This document shows, piece after piece, positions 10,349 to 20,241 of a DNA stretch of 58,463 nt. Made by a program: the position numbers and the translations under genes. The stretch covers positions 1-58,463 of the IMG/VR virus record IMGVR_UViG_3300021197_001974, one strand, 5' to 3'. The notes under the pieces were generated by a model. That model had not been told where the DNA came from. It did not search any database and was given only the letters and a program-made list of their open reading frames with translations. This stretch comes from a virus. Its lineage: Duplodnaviria; Caudoviricetes. How positions within the stretch are numbered: the first letter of the stretch is position 1; the number at the start of each line of letters is the position of its first letter.

Positions 10349-11395
10349 TTAACACTCCTCAGAATCTAAATCTGTTTCATAGATATTGAATCTACCAACA
10401 ATTACATCATCATCGCATTCATATGGTATATCGTTAACTTCAACTCCACGAGTTCTCAAGATATTAATTAAATCACAGATCTCCTCACTGGGAATTTCCA
10501 AATCAGTTTGAATATCCATATAGTATCTTACCATATCTATCGTAGTGTCTAGTTCACCCTGTTGTTGTAGTTCGTCGTCGTCAAGTAATATATCGTTGAC
10601 AACATTAGATCTCTCTTTTTCAAAAGACAGCGGGATTAGTAGAGTCTCCGCCCCGTTGGGACCAGTTAACAGCTCATAAACCTCAATATCGTATTCTGTA
10701 TCTGATGAGGCGTTATTTTCATCAATACTCAAGATTATGCCGGGCTCTGATTCCAGTGTATAGACAAATGTTCCGTCTTGGTAAACCTGGCTTATTATAT
10801 AATTTTCAATTTCACCGCCAGCAGTGGACTGCCCTCTGCCGTCTCCAATGACCATTTTATAATTTACATTAAAGTCTAATTGTGGTATTCTCCTGACGTT
10901 GGAATTATCTGTAGAAGATGTTGAGCCGGTAAAATAGTTTATAGCACCGCTTAGCTCCCCCTTTAGAGCCCGAATATCCCAAGAGGGGGCGTTAGTGCTA
11001 CCAAGCTCCATTGTCCCTATAGGCTCATTTAGGGAAAATTCATTTTCATATCGATGTGGAAAGAATGCGCTTTCGGCGGTGCGAATACCACGACCAGGGT
11101 CGTCCGGGTCTAAAACAGCGGCAGCAAAGAAATTAAACAATACTAAACCACGAACCTCCTGTTCGGCTCCTCTGTGTAGTGCCTGGGTTTTTATTTGCAC
11201 TGTGTTCTCTTGGATACGAGCCTCTACGTCATTTTGAATCTCTTGCACCTCGGCTGAGCCAGACGCATCATATAGTATATTATCGTCGTAAAACGCATAA
11301 TAAACTGGCTTAAACATCCCCATTGACATCAAGGTTTCGCCGTACGACGTAAGCTCTAAGTCAATCACCTCTTCTTTTTTGTTAAAGAATTTCAT
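10349..11395 (-). CDS. Acidic virion structural protein with tail-collar-like N-terminus, paralogue of 2770..3723
   Basis: 348 aa. N-terminal DLELTSYGETLMSMGMFKPVYYAFYDDNILYD matches the LT..G...L..G.F....F.DD.I.Y pattern. Confidence 0.6.
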   Translation of the reverse strand: MKFFNKKEEVIDLELTSYGETLMSMGMFKPVYYAFYDDNILYDASGSAEVQEIQNDVEARIQENTVQIKTQALHRGAEQEVRGLVLFNFFAAAVLDPDDPGRGIRTAESAFFPHRYENEFSLNEPIGTMELGSTNAPSWDIRALKGELSGAINYFTGSTSSTDNSNVRRIPQLDFNVNYKMVIGDGRGQSTAGGEIENYIISQVYQDGTFVYTLESEPGIILSIDENNASSDTEYDIEVYELLTGPNGAETLLIPLSFEKERSNVVNDILLDDDELQQQGELDTTIDMVRYYMDIQTDLEIPSEEICDLINILRTRGVEVNDIPYECDDDVIVGRFNIYETDLDSEEC

Positions 11396-11401
11396 CTAAC
11401 A

Positions 11402-14400
11402 TCACTCTCGGCTCATGCCGCCAGTTGTGACAACTGGGGGGCTGTCATCTGATGGGTCGGCAGAGTTTCCCTCAATTGTTATTTCGGCATCTATTTTAAC
11501 TAGTTCTACCAGCGAAAAGAAATCATATGGCCAGTTGTAGCTGTAGTCTGGAATGGCAGACTTTCCAGAGTCTCTTCTGCCAACATCGACTGCAACCGTT
11601 CTATCAAAATTTCCTACCTGATTTACTTCATCAGCAATAATTTTGCTAAAGTAATTTTTATTTGCCCTCTGTTTTACCTTGAAGACCATCCACTGTACCC
11701 TGCTTGGAACATCTGAATCTAGAAGTTCGGAAGCCAATAAGGGGTGGCTAATAGATACCTGCCTTATCATCTCCTCAGATGATAGTCCGTTTCCAGAGAC
11801 AAACTCTTGTGATTCCGGATCAAAGGAGAAGGCAGACCTAGGTGCCAGATTTTGCCATATATCCACCAGATCGTCCTGATTTAACATTTGTTCAAATTCA
11901 AATATATAAGCCGCGTATGGATCCACTGCTTCAGGGTTTGTTATAAAATCCAAAGCCGGTGGGAAAACATATCTTGTCATAGAGTCAATCATACTGGCTA
12001 TAGATCCATTAGTAGGCTTCTTGCCAGATCTAAACTCTCCCAAGGCTTCAGAGACCCTTTCTTTGGCGATTGAAAAGAAAGATCTTTCTCCGGACTGTTC
12101 AACAAATGGTATTGCAACAACTGCCTCTCTTATGATCTTTGCATCACTAACGGAGCCGAGTCGCCTTGGGGCTGAGGAGAAGCCCACCAGATCAACTAGC
12201 GAGCCTGTTGATGCTGGAGATCCATTGAGTGCGTTTTCAATATAATTTTCCGGGATGTCCCCTATTTGGAAAAATATGCCCTTTGACGGGTCATCCGGTA
12301 AAACCCCGTACTGATGCCACATTCCATAGGCTACGCTGGCACTTCCATAAGTGGGGAGAGTCCTCGTGGCATCTTGGAAATTCAACATGGGTGTTTCAAA
12401 TTTAGGTTGTATTACCCACACGCTTTCGTCACTGTCGCTGGCAACCAATGGCTCTCCGCTAATTGGGTCATATGTCAAATTCTTAATTTGTGCTTTTCCG
12501 AATAAGTTGAATGATGCATCAACCTGCATCGCATTGTATTCAACATTATCCAAATGCATTATAGTATTCACATTCATTGATTTCCACGTATCTCCAATAC
12601 GCTTATAGGACACAGCCAAGTTTGCGGGCGAGAATATCTCCTCTAGTGTAATTGGGTTTTCAGTAGTTGAGGTCCTGGGTGCGGTGAAAAACAGATCTGC
12701 CCATGCTTCACCATAATAATAAGGAGGTGTAAACGGCGGATTAATACCATCTCCAGATGTTAGCTGAGTTCGGTTCGCGCCGCCGCCCACAGGTGGTCCA
12801 AAAGCAGAGGGTCTACTGTACATTGTGAATGTCTCTTTCACGTCAGTCTCGTCTCGGGGAATAAATGGATTTCTGTATCCGAGGGTTCCTGTTCTCCAAG
12901 TAGCCACATTAAGACTCTTATATATCTTGAATCTGGCACCATATTGTTCACCTGATTTTACAGATTCAAATCTTTTTTCAGGTTTTGACACCAAGGAGGA
13001 AAACTGTTGCTCTGGCAGGAAGAATTCTGGTACCTCTGCAAAGAAGTTGCTCGCCATCATCTTATATATGTTATCGCCTCTTCCGTCCCAAGAGGCGGTT
13101 ATATTAATAGCACAGCTGGGGTGTGGCTCAAGGTCTATGATATCTTTGTCGGAAATATATTTTTCAGGCTCTATTAGCGCCTCAAACGGAATCCTGTAGT
13201 GGAACCTGCCAGCATTCGGGGCGGAGCCGGAAATATAAGCGTGACTAGTGACTACCTTTGCGGTACCGCCATGTGTTCCAAGGCTAGCGGACATCATTGG
13301 GTAGTCAACCGCTATGCCCGACTTGATCGTATTGTACATCAAACCTGGAGCATAAAAAGGTGCCATGAAGGCTTTCATGCCAGCGCTACCGGTGGCGTGA
13401 GTGCCCTCAAGCCTAACTGCGGGTCCATAGGAGGCAGAAAACTGTCGCCCAAGCTCGGCTGTTCTAGCTGCTGGGTAAAACCCATCATACGGCAAGAATT
13501 TAAGTAGCGCGCTACACTGTAACGTGATATTTGATGGATTAGCTATGTCCGCGTGTTCGTCCCTAACAATGTCAAAGAACTTAAGAAAGTCAGAATTAGT
13601 ATAAGTTGTGTAGAAGTTCTCCTCGCTGCTAACGTCGCGATCTGACAAGCCTCCGGACATGTTAAAGATTGATGCATTGTCCGCGAGGAAATTGCCCCCC
13701 TTTTCGGACATATAATATTTAATGTGATCACTTATTCTAAATTCAGGCACCACAGAATAATCTTTACCAATGCTCCGCATATTGTTAATATAATCATCAT
13801 ATGAGTTATACCATGGATTTTTTCCAGCTTGACCTGGGGCATCCCAGAGTGCTTGACCGCCAAACTCCTGCTCGGGGGATCCTGCCACCTGAGAAAAAGT
13901 GGTTAAATAGTTCGTGCTGTCGAAGAAAACACCAGGGAGTTTTGCGTCAGGCAATGCGCCAACCGAAGATACTACAGAATGAACAAAGTCAACGGTGTGT
14001 CGGCGCGCGTACTGTACAGAAGCTGTAATATTTGCAACGTTTCCGCTGTGTATTTGGCAATAGCTGTTCTGTAGAATGCCAGGACCGCCAGCTGAAGTTA
14101 CCCTACCGTGCATTTTTCTTGTCAAGAAATCTTCATCAGCGTCAAGTGACCACATACTCTGGGTGACCGTGTTCTCGGAGGACCCCTGGGTGCCATTGAT
14201 CTCTATAGACGCAGAAGCCAAAAGGGCTTGATTTGTTTGGGTCCTATCTTCCCTAATATCTCTCCAAAAATTATTAGCATATTCTGGTCGTCCGCGTACG
14301 CTGCTGGAGAAAACATTTCTTGAGGCGGGGTATACTCTCTCGCCATATGTTATAAAATTAAATGAATTTACTGGGCTATCATCATCAAGATCGGCGCCAT

Positions 14401-17400
14401 CAGCATAAAGATCTCTGAGGCGGTCATATGCTTGAGTTTGTTGTTGGTTGACACCGTATTCGTTATTCAGTACCGGGCTGTTGAAAGCATGAAGGCTATT
14501 TGCGTAGCTGCTATAAAAATCAGCAGATTCCTCAGTCTCAATACCCTTATCTGTCAAACTTTTAACATTTACATTTTGTCTAATCGGGCTGAATTTTGTG
14601 ACTATAGGGGGCTCTACAAACTGCTTGACTGTCCCAAATCTTGGCTCTGGGACACTCTCAACAACAGGCAGCGGATAATTGAAATTGTTTTTAGCAACAT
14701 GAGAAATTATGTTCTTCTCCCTTTGTTTGCGCGCGACGGCTGTCTCTCCTCCTCGGATTTGTTTCCAGGAGCTGTAGCCATAGGCTCCATTTCTATGAGA
14801 GTTCAGCGCATTCAGAGTATCAGCTACATTTATGGTTGCTAAATCAGTATTTCTATGGTCACCGGCAGAGGAAGAAGCAATGCTGGTCGTTATGTTTATA
14901 TCATCCTTCACTAGTGTGTTAAGGTTTGCAAAATCCACCTGTATACTATCAGCCGTTACAATACTGGCTGACGCAAAATCTATAGCTTGTGCGACACCGG
15001 CTGAGCTGGAGACCACACTGTCGTTCCAGGCATGACCGTTTATCCTAGCCACCTCATAGGAAGCAGTAATCCAGGAATATTGTAGGTCTGTTCTGGGAAT
15101 TTCATGGGACACAAAAGCGTTGTCCCTGAAGGAACCGGTGGCAGCCTCTCCATATTGATTCTCCCCTGTTCCGCTAAACACCACTCTTTTCAAAGTGTTT
15201 CTGTTGATTTTATGATAAGAGGGCTTAGCGACATACACATCAGACGAGATAGATCCGAATGTCTTGTCATGACCAAATTTTCCAGAGTGATCAGAGAGGA
15301 GTGTGCGCAGACCTCGTCGCTCATTAATTTGATCTTGTACTCTTATAGCGTCAGTTTCGCCACTTCCAGAAGATCTAACCGATAAGTTTCTATAAGTCAT
15401 TGCGTTATAGACTGACTTCTCAGCAGCGGTTATGTCTAGATATCCCAAAGTGTTAACCTCGGGACCTCCGGGGGCAGAAAAACGATTAACAAATATTGAC
15501 TTTGTGGCGGAGCCTGTGCGAATTATGGTACCAAATTGCGCCAAGACCTCATAGCGGGCACTAATATCTAGAGTGTCATCTACTGAATTGAACCTGGTTC
15601 CAAAAACATTGCCCGCCACTGTGCCGACATTGATGCCCAGCAAAGTTGATAGGACGTTAGTTTGTGGTAGTTTTTCTTTAATGCTTAGGGTTGACGGCAA
15701 GGTGATGCCCTCATTGTCTACAAAGTATTTATTATTTACAGATCTTGCAGAAGTCTGAACGACCTCATAATTATCCCTGTAATTTCCGATGGTTGTGGAC
15801 GCAGTTGTGTAGCTTATGTTCCTTATATTAACCGGTCTTTTAGCACCAACATTTCGATATCTTGTAGCAAACTCATTAGCAGTATAAGGGTATGGTCCGC
15901 CTGGATATGGATAATCTGGTCCTACAAAGCCGACTATTGTCCCCTCGCCGCCGGCACCCCAGCCGCCACCATACCTAGTTCCCAAGAACAATAGCCAAGC
16001 CTCCGGTCTGTTACCAGGAGCATCAATATTGTTTGTTGAAGATAGGGTGGAATCGTATCTATTTATGCTGATGTGTCGCGACTGGTGACCGCCAACATGA
16101 GCCTCGGCAAACGGACCCTGCATTGGCACTTCATTGCTATTTCCGTATGTATCTGAATGGAGGTTTGTTAGGATGGTGCCAGTTTTAAAGCTACTGACCA
16201 TTAGAGAGTTATAGCCAGTCGTGACAGTGCCGCTCACTAGGTTAAATGGGGCGGCGATATCTCCCTTTAGTTGCGAGCTATAGGTAGCATTATCTTGCCC
16301 AGAGCCTGCTTCGTCCTCTCTTCTTAGTTTAGCTCTAAAAGAATATTTTCTCTTTTCATTTGGATCAGTTACATCGTCAATATTCTGGAATTCCAAAACA
16401 TCCACATCATCCATTAGCACGGTGTTGAGGGGCATGCCCGCTACTGCACGGGGTCCGTATACAGCTGTTGCATTAAATATTAAATCCCTTCTTTTAGCTG
16501 ACGAGTAGTTAGTCCCGCCGTGCACAATTTTAACTTGATCTTTATTGAAGACAAACGGTCTCTTCTTATCACGATCATATTGGGACTTCAGGGATTCAAA
16601 AATTGTTTGCCGGTCATTATCAACCGCTGTCACTCCCGTAGCCAAACCGCCGGTCTCATCGCGGGCGGCTCTCGTCTTCCAGTACGGAGCATGCTTGTTC
16701 TGAACGTATGGTATTGGCGCGCGACCCAAGACTGGATTTAGCATGTTGCGTGCCCTGGGTGGACTGCTTCTTGTTGCGCCGGCGCCCATCATAGACCCCT
16801 CTAGAGATGGCTCTTTTCTCTCAAGAGTGGGAAACTTTGACCAATACTTGTTTCTTTCTAATACGTGACTCTCAACAAGATTTCGAATATCTTCAGATGT
16901 GTCAGCAGATGCAGCGGCAAGCTGCTGCATAAATATTGATAGTGATGAATCAATCCACTTGTAAAAATCTATAAACTTATCTAGATCCGGCGTATTCTGA
17001 ATATTTGCAAAAAAGAGTGCACGAGCTTTATCCATTAATTTGTAATCTTGACGATATCTGTTAACCGGATCTCCAATTAGGTTATCAAACTCCACTATCG
17101 TAGCAAATGACTGCAACATTTGATCAGATATCACCTGATACATGCTTTTTTCTACTGATAGGAAATGACTAACTGGTCTCTGATCTCTATCAAAGCTTTC
17201 CTCATCCTGATTTAGAATGCTAACCATCTGAGAGGACTGCACAACCTCTGGCAGAGATTGTCGTGCGGCATTGAGATAATTCTTGTCAACAGACTTAGTA
17301 TCCAGCGCGGGGAAGAACTGACCCTTGGCAGTATGCTGCGCCTTTGCTATGTTCCCGTACCACCCATATCTAGATTGCAAATCTGTAGATCCAGATGAAA

Positions 17401-20239
17401 AATCCTCTACTGAAATAAATCCGTCCGCATCAGATCCAGTTACATTTTCAAAACTCCAATTTAATGCTAGTGTCTCAATTTCCGGTATGTAGGTGCCCGT
17501 CATTGACGTCTGAGAGGCGAATGCGTTTCTATATGGATTCAGGGTACCATAATTTTCTGGGTCGCGTGAGTGTGCGCGAATGACCCCATCTGGAATCACA
17601 TCAGCCCAATACCTAATGGCAGATAATTTAATATCACTAGACTGCAACACATTTCCGGTAAAGTTAGTTCTATGTGCCCCAGCAAACACTCGCTTATCAC
17701 TACGTAATAAATTAACCGCGCCCTGGTTTGGAAGTGTCCCAGTTAACAGGAATTCATTACGAACAATATCTAGCTCTGAGTTGATTCCAAAAAATTCAAT
17801 CTTATACCTAGTCGCAGTGTCAATTGAGCCGCTTGTTGACACTCCTGTTATAACATCACCAAGAGGATACTTCTCATTGAAGACTCTTACGGCAAAATTC
17901 CATTTGTTGTTGTCATAAACATCTTTGTATAAGCTACTTGTTAAAGTCGGGAAAGTTGCAACGGAGGATGTTAAGCGGAATCTCACATCGGGCGAGTCGT
18001 CGTCGGCGCGCAGCGCTTGTACTCTGAGGTCGGCATAATCGTTCGTTGGCCAAGTTGTGTCGGCTGCATCAGACCCATCTGCGCTGTGCATACCATAGAG
18101 AGACACCGTAGTTATTATGTTACCTGGAACTGAAGATATTGATGCGCAGATGTCCCCTTTGGCAGGAAACAACATCTCGGATTCTAGAGTGAATCCTAAG
18201 TAATCTTCTTTTCCAAGATCATCGCTATCAGCTGTGCCGGATATAAACGATACACTGTTGGAGTTTGAAGATGCAGTCATCTGGTAGATTGTTGCATCAT
18301 TTCGGCTAAGTGAGTTAAAATCTACTAAGTTCTTGCTTACTACCGCTGATCGGAAATTGTCTTTTAATTCATATGTTACATTATTACCATAAACATTTAA
18401 CCTGACCAGCTCCTCGTCTACTCCATAACAATGAATCAAATTTCTATATGCGTTTTCTGTTCCCTTGGACTTGTTGATATGTATGAGGTTGTTATAGATG
18501 TTTTGATATATTCTATTTTTAATTTCCCTAAAATCTAGATTATATTCCCTATCTTCATCCCGAGATAGAAACTCCTCTAATATGTTCGCATCTATAAACA
18601 TATTCGGAGTATACATGCCCCTCTCCCTAACAAGGGCATTGGCGAAAGACGGAGCTGAATGGCTTGAGCTAAGATATGTTATGTTTTTTAGTCGCGGTAT
18701 TTCTCTTATTTGATTCTGTAGTCTGTCAAAATAGCTTGCTACAATCTGAACTAGATTTTTGAGATCGCCGCTGTTATCATCTTCGGTGATCCAGGCAGGC
18801 AGTGTATTGTAAATTGACGAATTGTTCTGCTCGTCGTAGTAGCTACCAGAGGCTCTTAGGTCGCTCAACAAAGAGGAGACTTCTGGATGGCTGGAGTATA
18901 TGATGGGATCTAAAAATTCAGTGCTAGCTGCCGAAGATGAAACCATTGCAGAGCCTGTATTTCTAGCTGATGTGTTGTATCCGGTCCAAGAGCCGTTTGA
19001 TATTCTACCAGAGTAGTCCAACACAACGGAATCTAGAGTAGAATTGCCCGTTATACCCTCATTAAATTTATAATAAACGCCGAGCGTAGTATTGGCGTCG
19101 TCAGTATTAACGCCTCCCCGAACTTGGGTCCAATAATTTCTTCCAATATTTTGCGGTGTACGTGCCTCTTTCCAGTATCTAAATTCGTCAAGTGAGGCGT
19201 CTAGTTTTCCCCACCCCTCAGTGGGGTAAGTGGTACCCCCAAAAGCCCAAGGGGAAGTCCTTAGAGCACCAATGTTTGCAACCATCCCGCCCGTGACCTC
19301 ATTGATCGTAGATCCCGTTGTTCTGGTGTCGTTTAAGTCTCCATTTACATATAACTTAGCTGTCAGTAAACTGCTAGAAGACAAAAAGGTAATCGCATAG
19401 TGGTTCCAGCTATTATCAGCAACAGAGGCAGTGTTAATATTTGTACCAATTATCTGGTTAATAAGTCCAGCCGGGGCGGTTGGGCTGGAAGTTCCAGAAA
19501 TGTAAGTGACTCTAAAGGGGGATTCATTAGATACTGTTCCTGTTATTTCAACCCTAAGACGCCCATAATCTACAGAGTTTACGTCCTTATAATTCCATAA
19601 ATCAAATATTACCTCAGTCCCAGTCTTCGTAGGCGCAAAAGACTCCTTTTTAAGCCAGAACTCTACTGTTGACCCACTGGCTGGGTTTAATCTTAGATTT
19701 GACCCGCGATTATTAGAAAGGTCGTATATATTGTTTTGATTATGAGAACCACTAAATGCATTTGCGATGGGATCTTCCGAAGACAAGGTGGTATCTGGCG
19801 CCCCAGATAAAGAGATGTATTCATAAGATGCGGTTGCAGTGGCGCCATACGCACCAGAGCTGGCGACCTGAGTGCCCCAACCATCAGCTGACAAGATAAT
19901 ATAGCCATTTGTCCTGGGGTATCTTTTATCTAATACGTAATGATCAAGGAATGATGAGCTTAGAAAATATTGACTGATCTCATTTTGAGATCCGTCATAA
20001 GGATACTCCAAATATACTCTCTTTACAGCGTCTTCATAATACTTTTCCGCAGATCCATATATAGCAAAATTTGACGCTGACGAATAGTCAAGGGGAGGCA
20101 AAAAGACGTCAGCCCTCTTTAGAACTGTGTCCATGTTCTCCCCAGACTCAGCTTCACTGTTTAGCGAATCTGAGGTCTCCGAGGAAATGACGTTTGTTAT
20201 ATTCGTGCTTTTGCGATTGAAACGGTCTTCAATACCCAT
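11402..20239 (-). CDS. Giant baseplate wedge-like protein (gp7/P2 gpI-like motif) with LamG/concanavalin-A-like domains
   Basis: 2945 aa. LamG signatures STVEFWLKK, WNHYAITF, KLYVNGDL, LDEFRYW, LGVYYKFNEG, and a second degenerate copy (KWNFAVRV, LSAIRYW). KSKGTENAYRNLIHCYG resembles the gpI/gp7 KGT motif. Downstream of gp25-gp6. Confidence 0.7.
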   Translation of the reverse strand: MGIEDRFNRKSTNITNVISSETSDSLNSEAESGENMDTVLKRADVFLPPLDYSSASNFAIYGSAEKYYEDAVKRVYLEYPYDGSQNEISQYFLSSSFLDHYVLDKRYPRTNGYIILSADGWGTQVASSGAYGATATASYEYISLSGAPDTTLSSEDPIANAFSGSHNQNNIYDLSNNRGSNLRLNPASGSTVEFWLKKESFAPTKTGTEVIFDLWNYKDVNSVDYGRLRVEITGTVSNESPFRVTYISGTSSPTAPAGLINQIIGTNINTASVADNSWNHYAITFLSSSSLLTAKLYVNGDLNDTRTTGSTINEVTGGMVANIGALRTSPWAFGGTTYPTEGWGKLDASLDEFRYWKEARTPQNIGRNYWTQVRGGVNTDDANTTLGVYYKFNEGITGNSTLDSVVLDYSGRISNGSWTGYNTSARNTGSAMVSSSAASTEFLDPIIYSSHPEVSSLLSDLRASGSYYDEQNNSSIYNTLPAWITEDDNSGDLKNLVQIVASYFDRLQNQIREIPRLKNITYLSSSHSAPSFANALVRERGMYTPNMFIDANILEEFLSRDEDREYNLDFREIKNRIYQNIYNNLIHINKSKGTENAYRNLIHCYGVDEELVRLNVYGNNVTYELKDNFRSAVVSKNLVDFNSLSRNDATIYQMTASSNSNSVSFISGTADSDDLGKEDYLGFTLESEMLFPAKGDICASISSVPGNIITTVSLYGMHSADGSDAADTTWPTNDYADLRVQALRADDDSPDVRFRLTSSVATFPTLTSSLYKDVYDNNKWNFAVRVFNEKYPLGDVITGVSTSGSIDTATRYKIEFFGINSELDIVRNEFLLTGTLPNQGAVNLLRSDKRVFAGAHRTNFTGNVLQSSDIKLSAIRYWADVIPDGVIRAHSRDPENYGTLNPYRNAFASQTSMTGTYIPEIETLALNWSFENVTGSDADGFISVEDFSSGSTDLQSRYGWYGNIAKAQHTAKGQFFPALDTKSVDKNYLNAARQSLPEVVQSSQMVSILNQDEESFDRDQRPVSHFLSVEKSMYQVISDQMLQSFATIVEFDNLIGDPVNRYRQDYKLMDKARALFFANIQNTPDLDKFIDFYKWIDSSLSIFMQQLAAASADTSEDIRNLVESHVLERNKYWSKFPTLERKEPSLEGSMMGAGATRSSPPRARNMLNPVLGRAPIPYVQNKHAPYWKTRAARDETGGLATGVTAVDNDRQTIFESLKSQYDRDKKRPFVFNKDQVKIVHGGTNYSSAKRRDLIFNATAVYGPRAVAGMPLNTVLMDDVDVLEFQNIDDVTDPNEKRKYSFRAKLRREDEAGSGQDNATYSSQLKGDIAAPFNLVSGTVTTGYNSLMVSSFKTGTILTNLHSDTYGNSNEVPMQGPFAEAHVGGHQSRHISINRYDSTLSSTNNIDAPGNRPEAWLLFLGTRYGGGWGAGGEGTIVGFVGPDYPYPGGPYPYTANEFATRYRNVGAKRPVNIRNISYTTASTTIGNYRDNYEVVQTSARSVNNKYFVDNEGITLPSTLSIKEKLPQTNVLSTLLGINVGTVAGNVFGTRFNSVDDTLDISARYEVLAQFGTIIRTGSATKSIFVNRFSAPGGPEVNTLGYLDITAAEKSVYNAMTYRNLSVRSSGSGETDAIRVQDQINERRGLRTLLSDHSGKFGHDKTFGSISSDVYVAKPSYHKINRNTLKRVVFSGTGENQYGEAATGSFRDNAFVSHEIPRTDLQYSWITASYEVARINGHAWNDSVVSSSAGVAQAIDFASASIVTADSIQVDFANLNTLVKDDINITTSIASSSAGDHRNTDLATINVADTLNALNSHRNGAYGYSSWKQIRGGETAVARKQREKNIISHVAKNNFNYPLPVVESVPEPRFGTVKQFVEPPIVTKFSPIRQNVNVKSLTDKGIETEESADFYSSYANSLHAFNSPVLNNEYGVNQQQTQAYDRLRDLYADGADLDDDSPVNSFNFITYGERVYPASRNVFSSSVRGRPEYANNFWRDIREDRTQTNQALLASASIEINGTQGSSENTVTQSMWSLDADEDFLTRKMHGRVTSAGGPGILQNSYCQIHSGNVANITASVQYARRHTVDFVHSVVSSVGALPDAKLPGVFFDSTNYLTTFSQVAGSPEQEFGGQALWDAPGQAGKNPWYNSYDDYINNMRSIGKDYSVVPEFRISDHIKYYMSEKGGNFLADNASIFNMSGGLSDRDVSSEENFYTTYTNSDFLKFFDIVRDEHADIANPSNITLQCSALLKFLPYDGFYPAARTAELGRQFSASYGPAVRLEGTHATGSAGMKAFMAPFYAPGLMYNTIKSGIAVDYPMMSASLGTHGGTAKVVTSHAYISGSAPNAGRFHYRIPFEALIEPEKYISDKDIIDLEPHPSCAINITASWDGRGDNIYKMMASNFFAEVPEFFLPEQQFSSLVSKPEKRFESVKSGEQYGARFKIYKSLNVATWRTGTLGYRNPFIPRDETDVKETFTMYSRPSAFGPPVGGGANRTQLTSGDGINPPFTPPYYYGEAWADLFFTAPRTSTTENPITLEEIFSPANLAVSYKRIGDTWKSMNVNTIMHLDNVEYNAMQVDASFNLFGKAQIKNLTYDPISGEPLVASDSDESVWVIQPKFETPMLNFQDATRTLPTYGSASVAYGMWHQYGVLPDDPSKGIFFQIGDIPENYIENALNGSPASTGSLVDLVGFSSAPRRLGSVSDAKIIREAVVAIPFVEQSGERSFFSIAKERVSEALGEFRSGKKPTNGSIASMIDSMTRYVFPPALDFITNPEAVDPYAAYIFEFEQMLNQDDLVDIWQNLAPRSAFSFDPESQEFVSGNGLSSEEMIRQVSISHPLLASELLDSDVPSRVQWMVFKVKQRANKNYFSKIIADEVNQVGNFDRTVAVDVGRRDSGKSAIPDYSYNWPYDFFSLVELVKIDAEITIEGNSADPSDDSPPVVTTGGMSRE

Positions 20240-20241
20240 GT

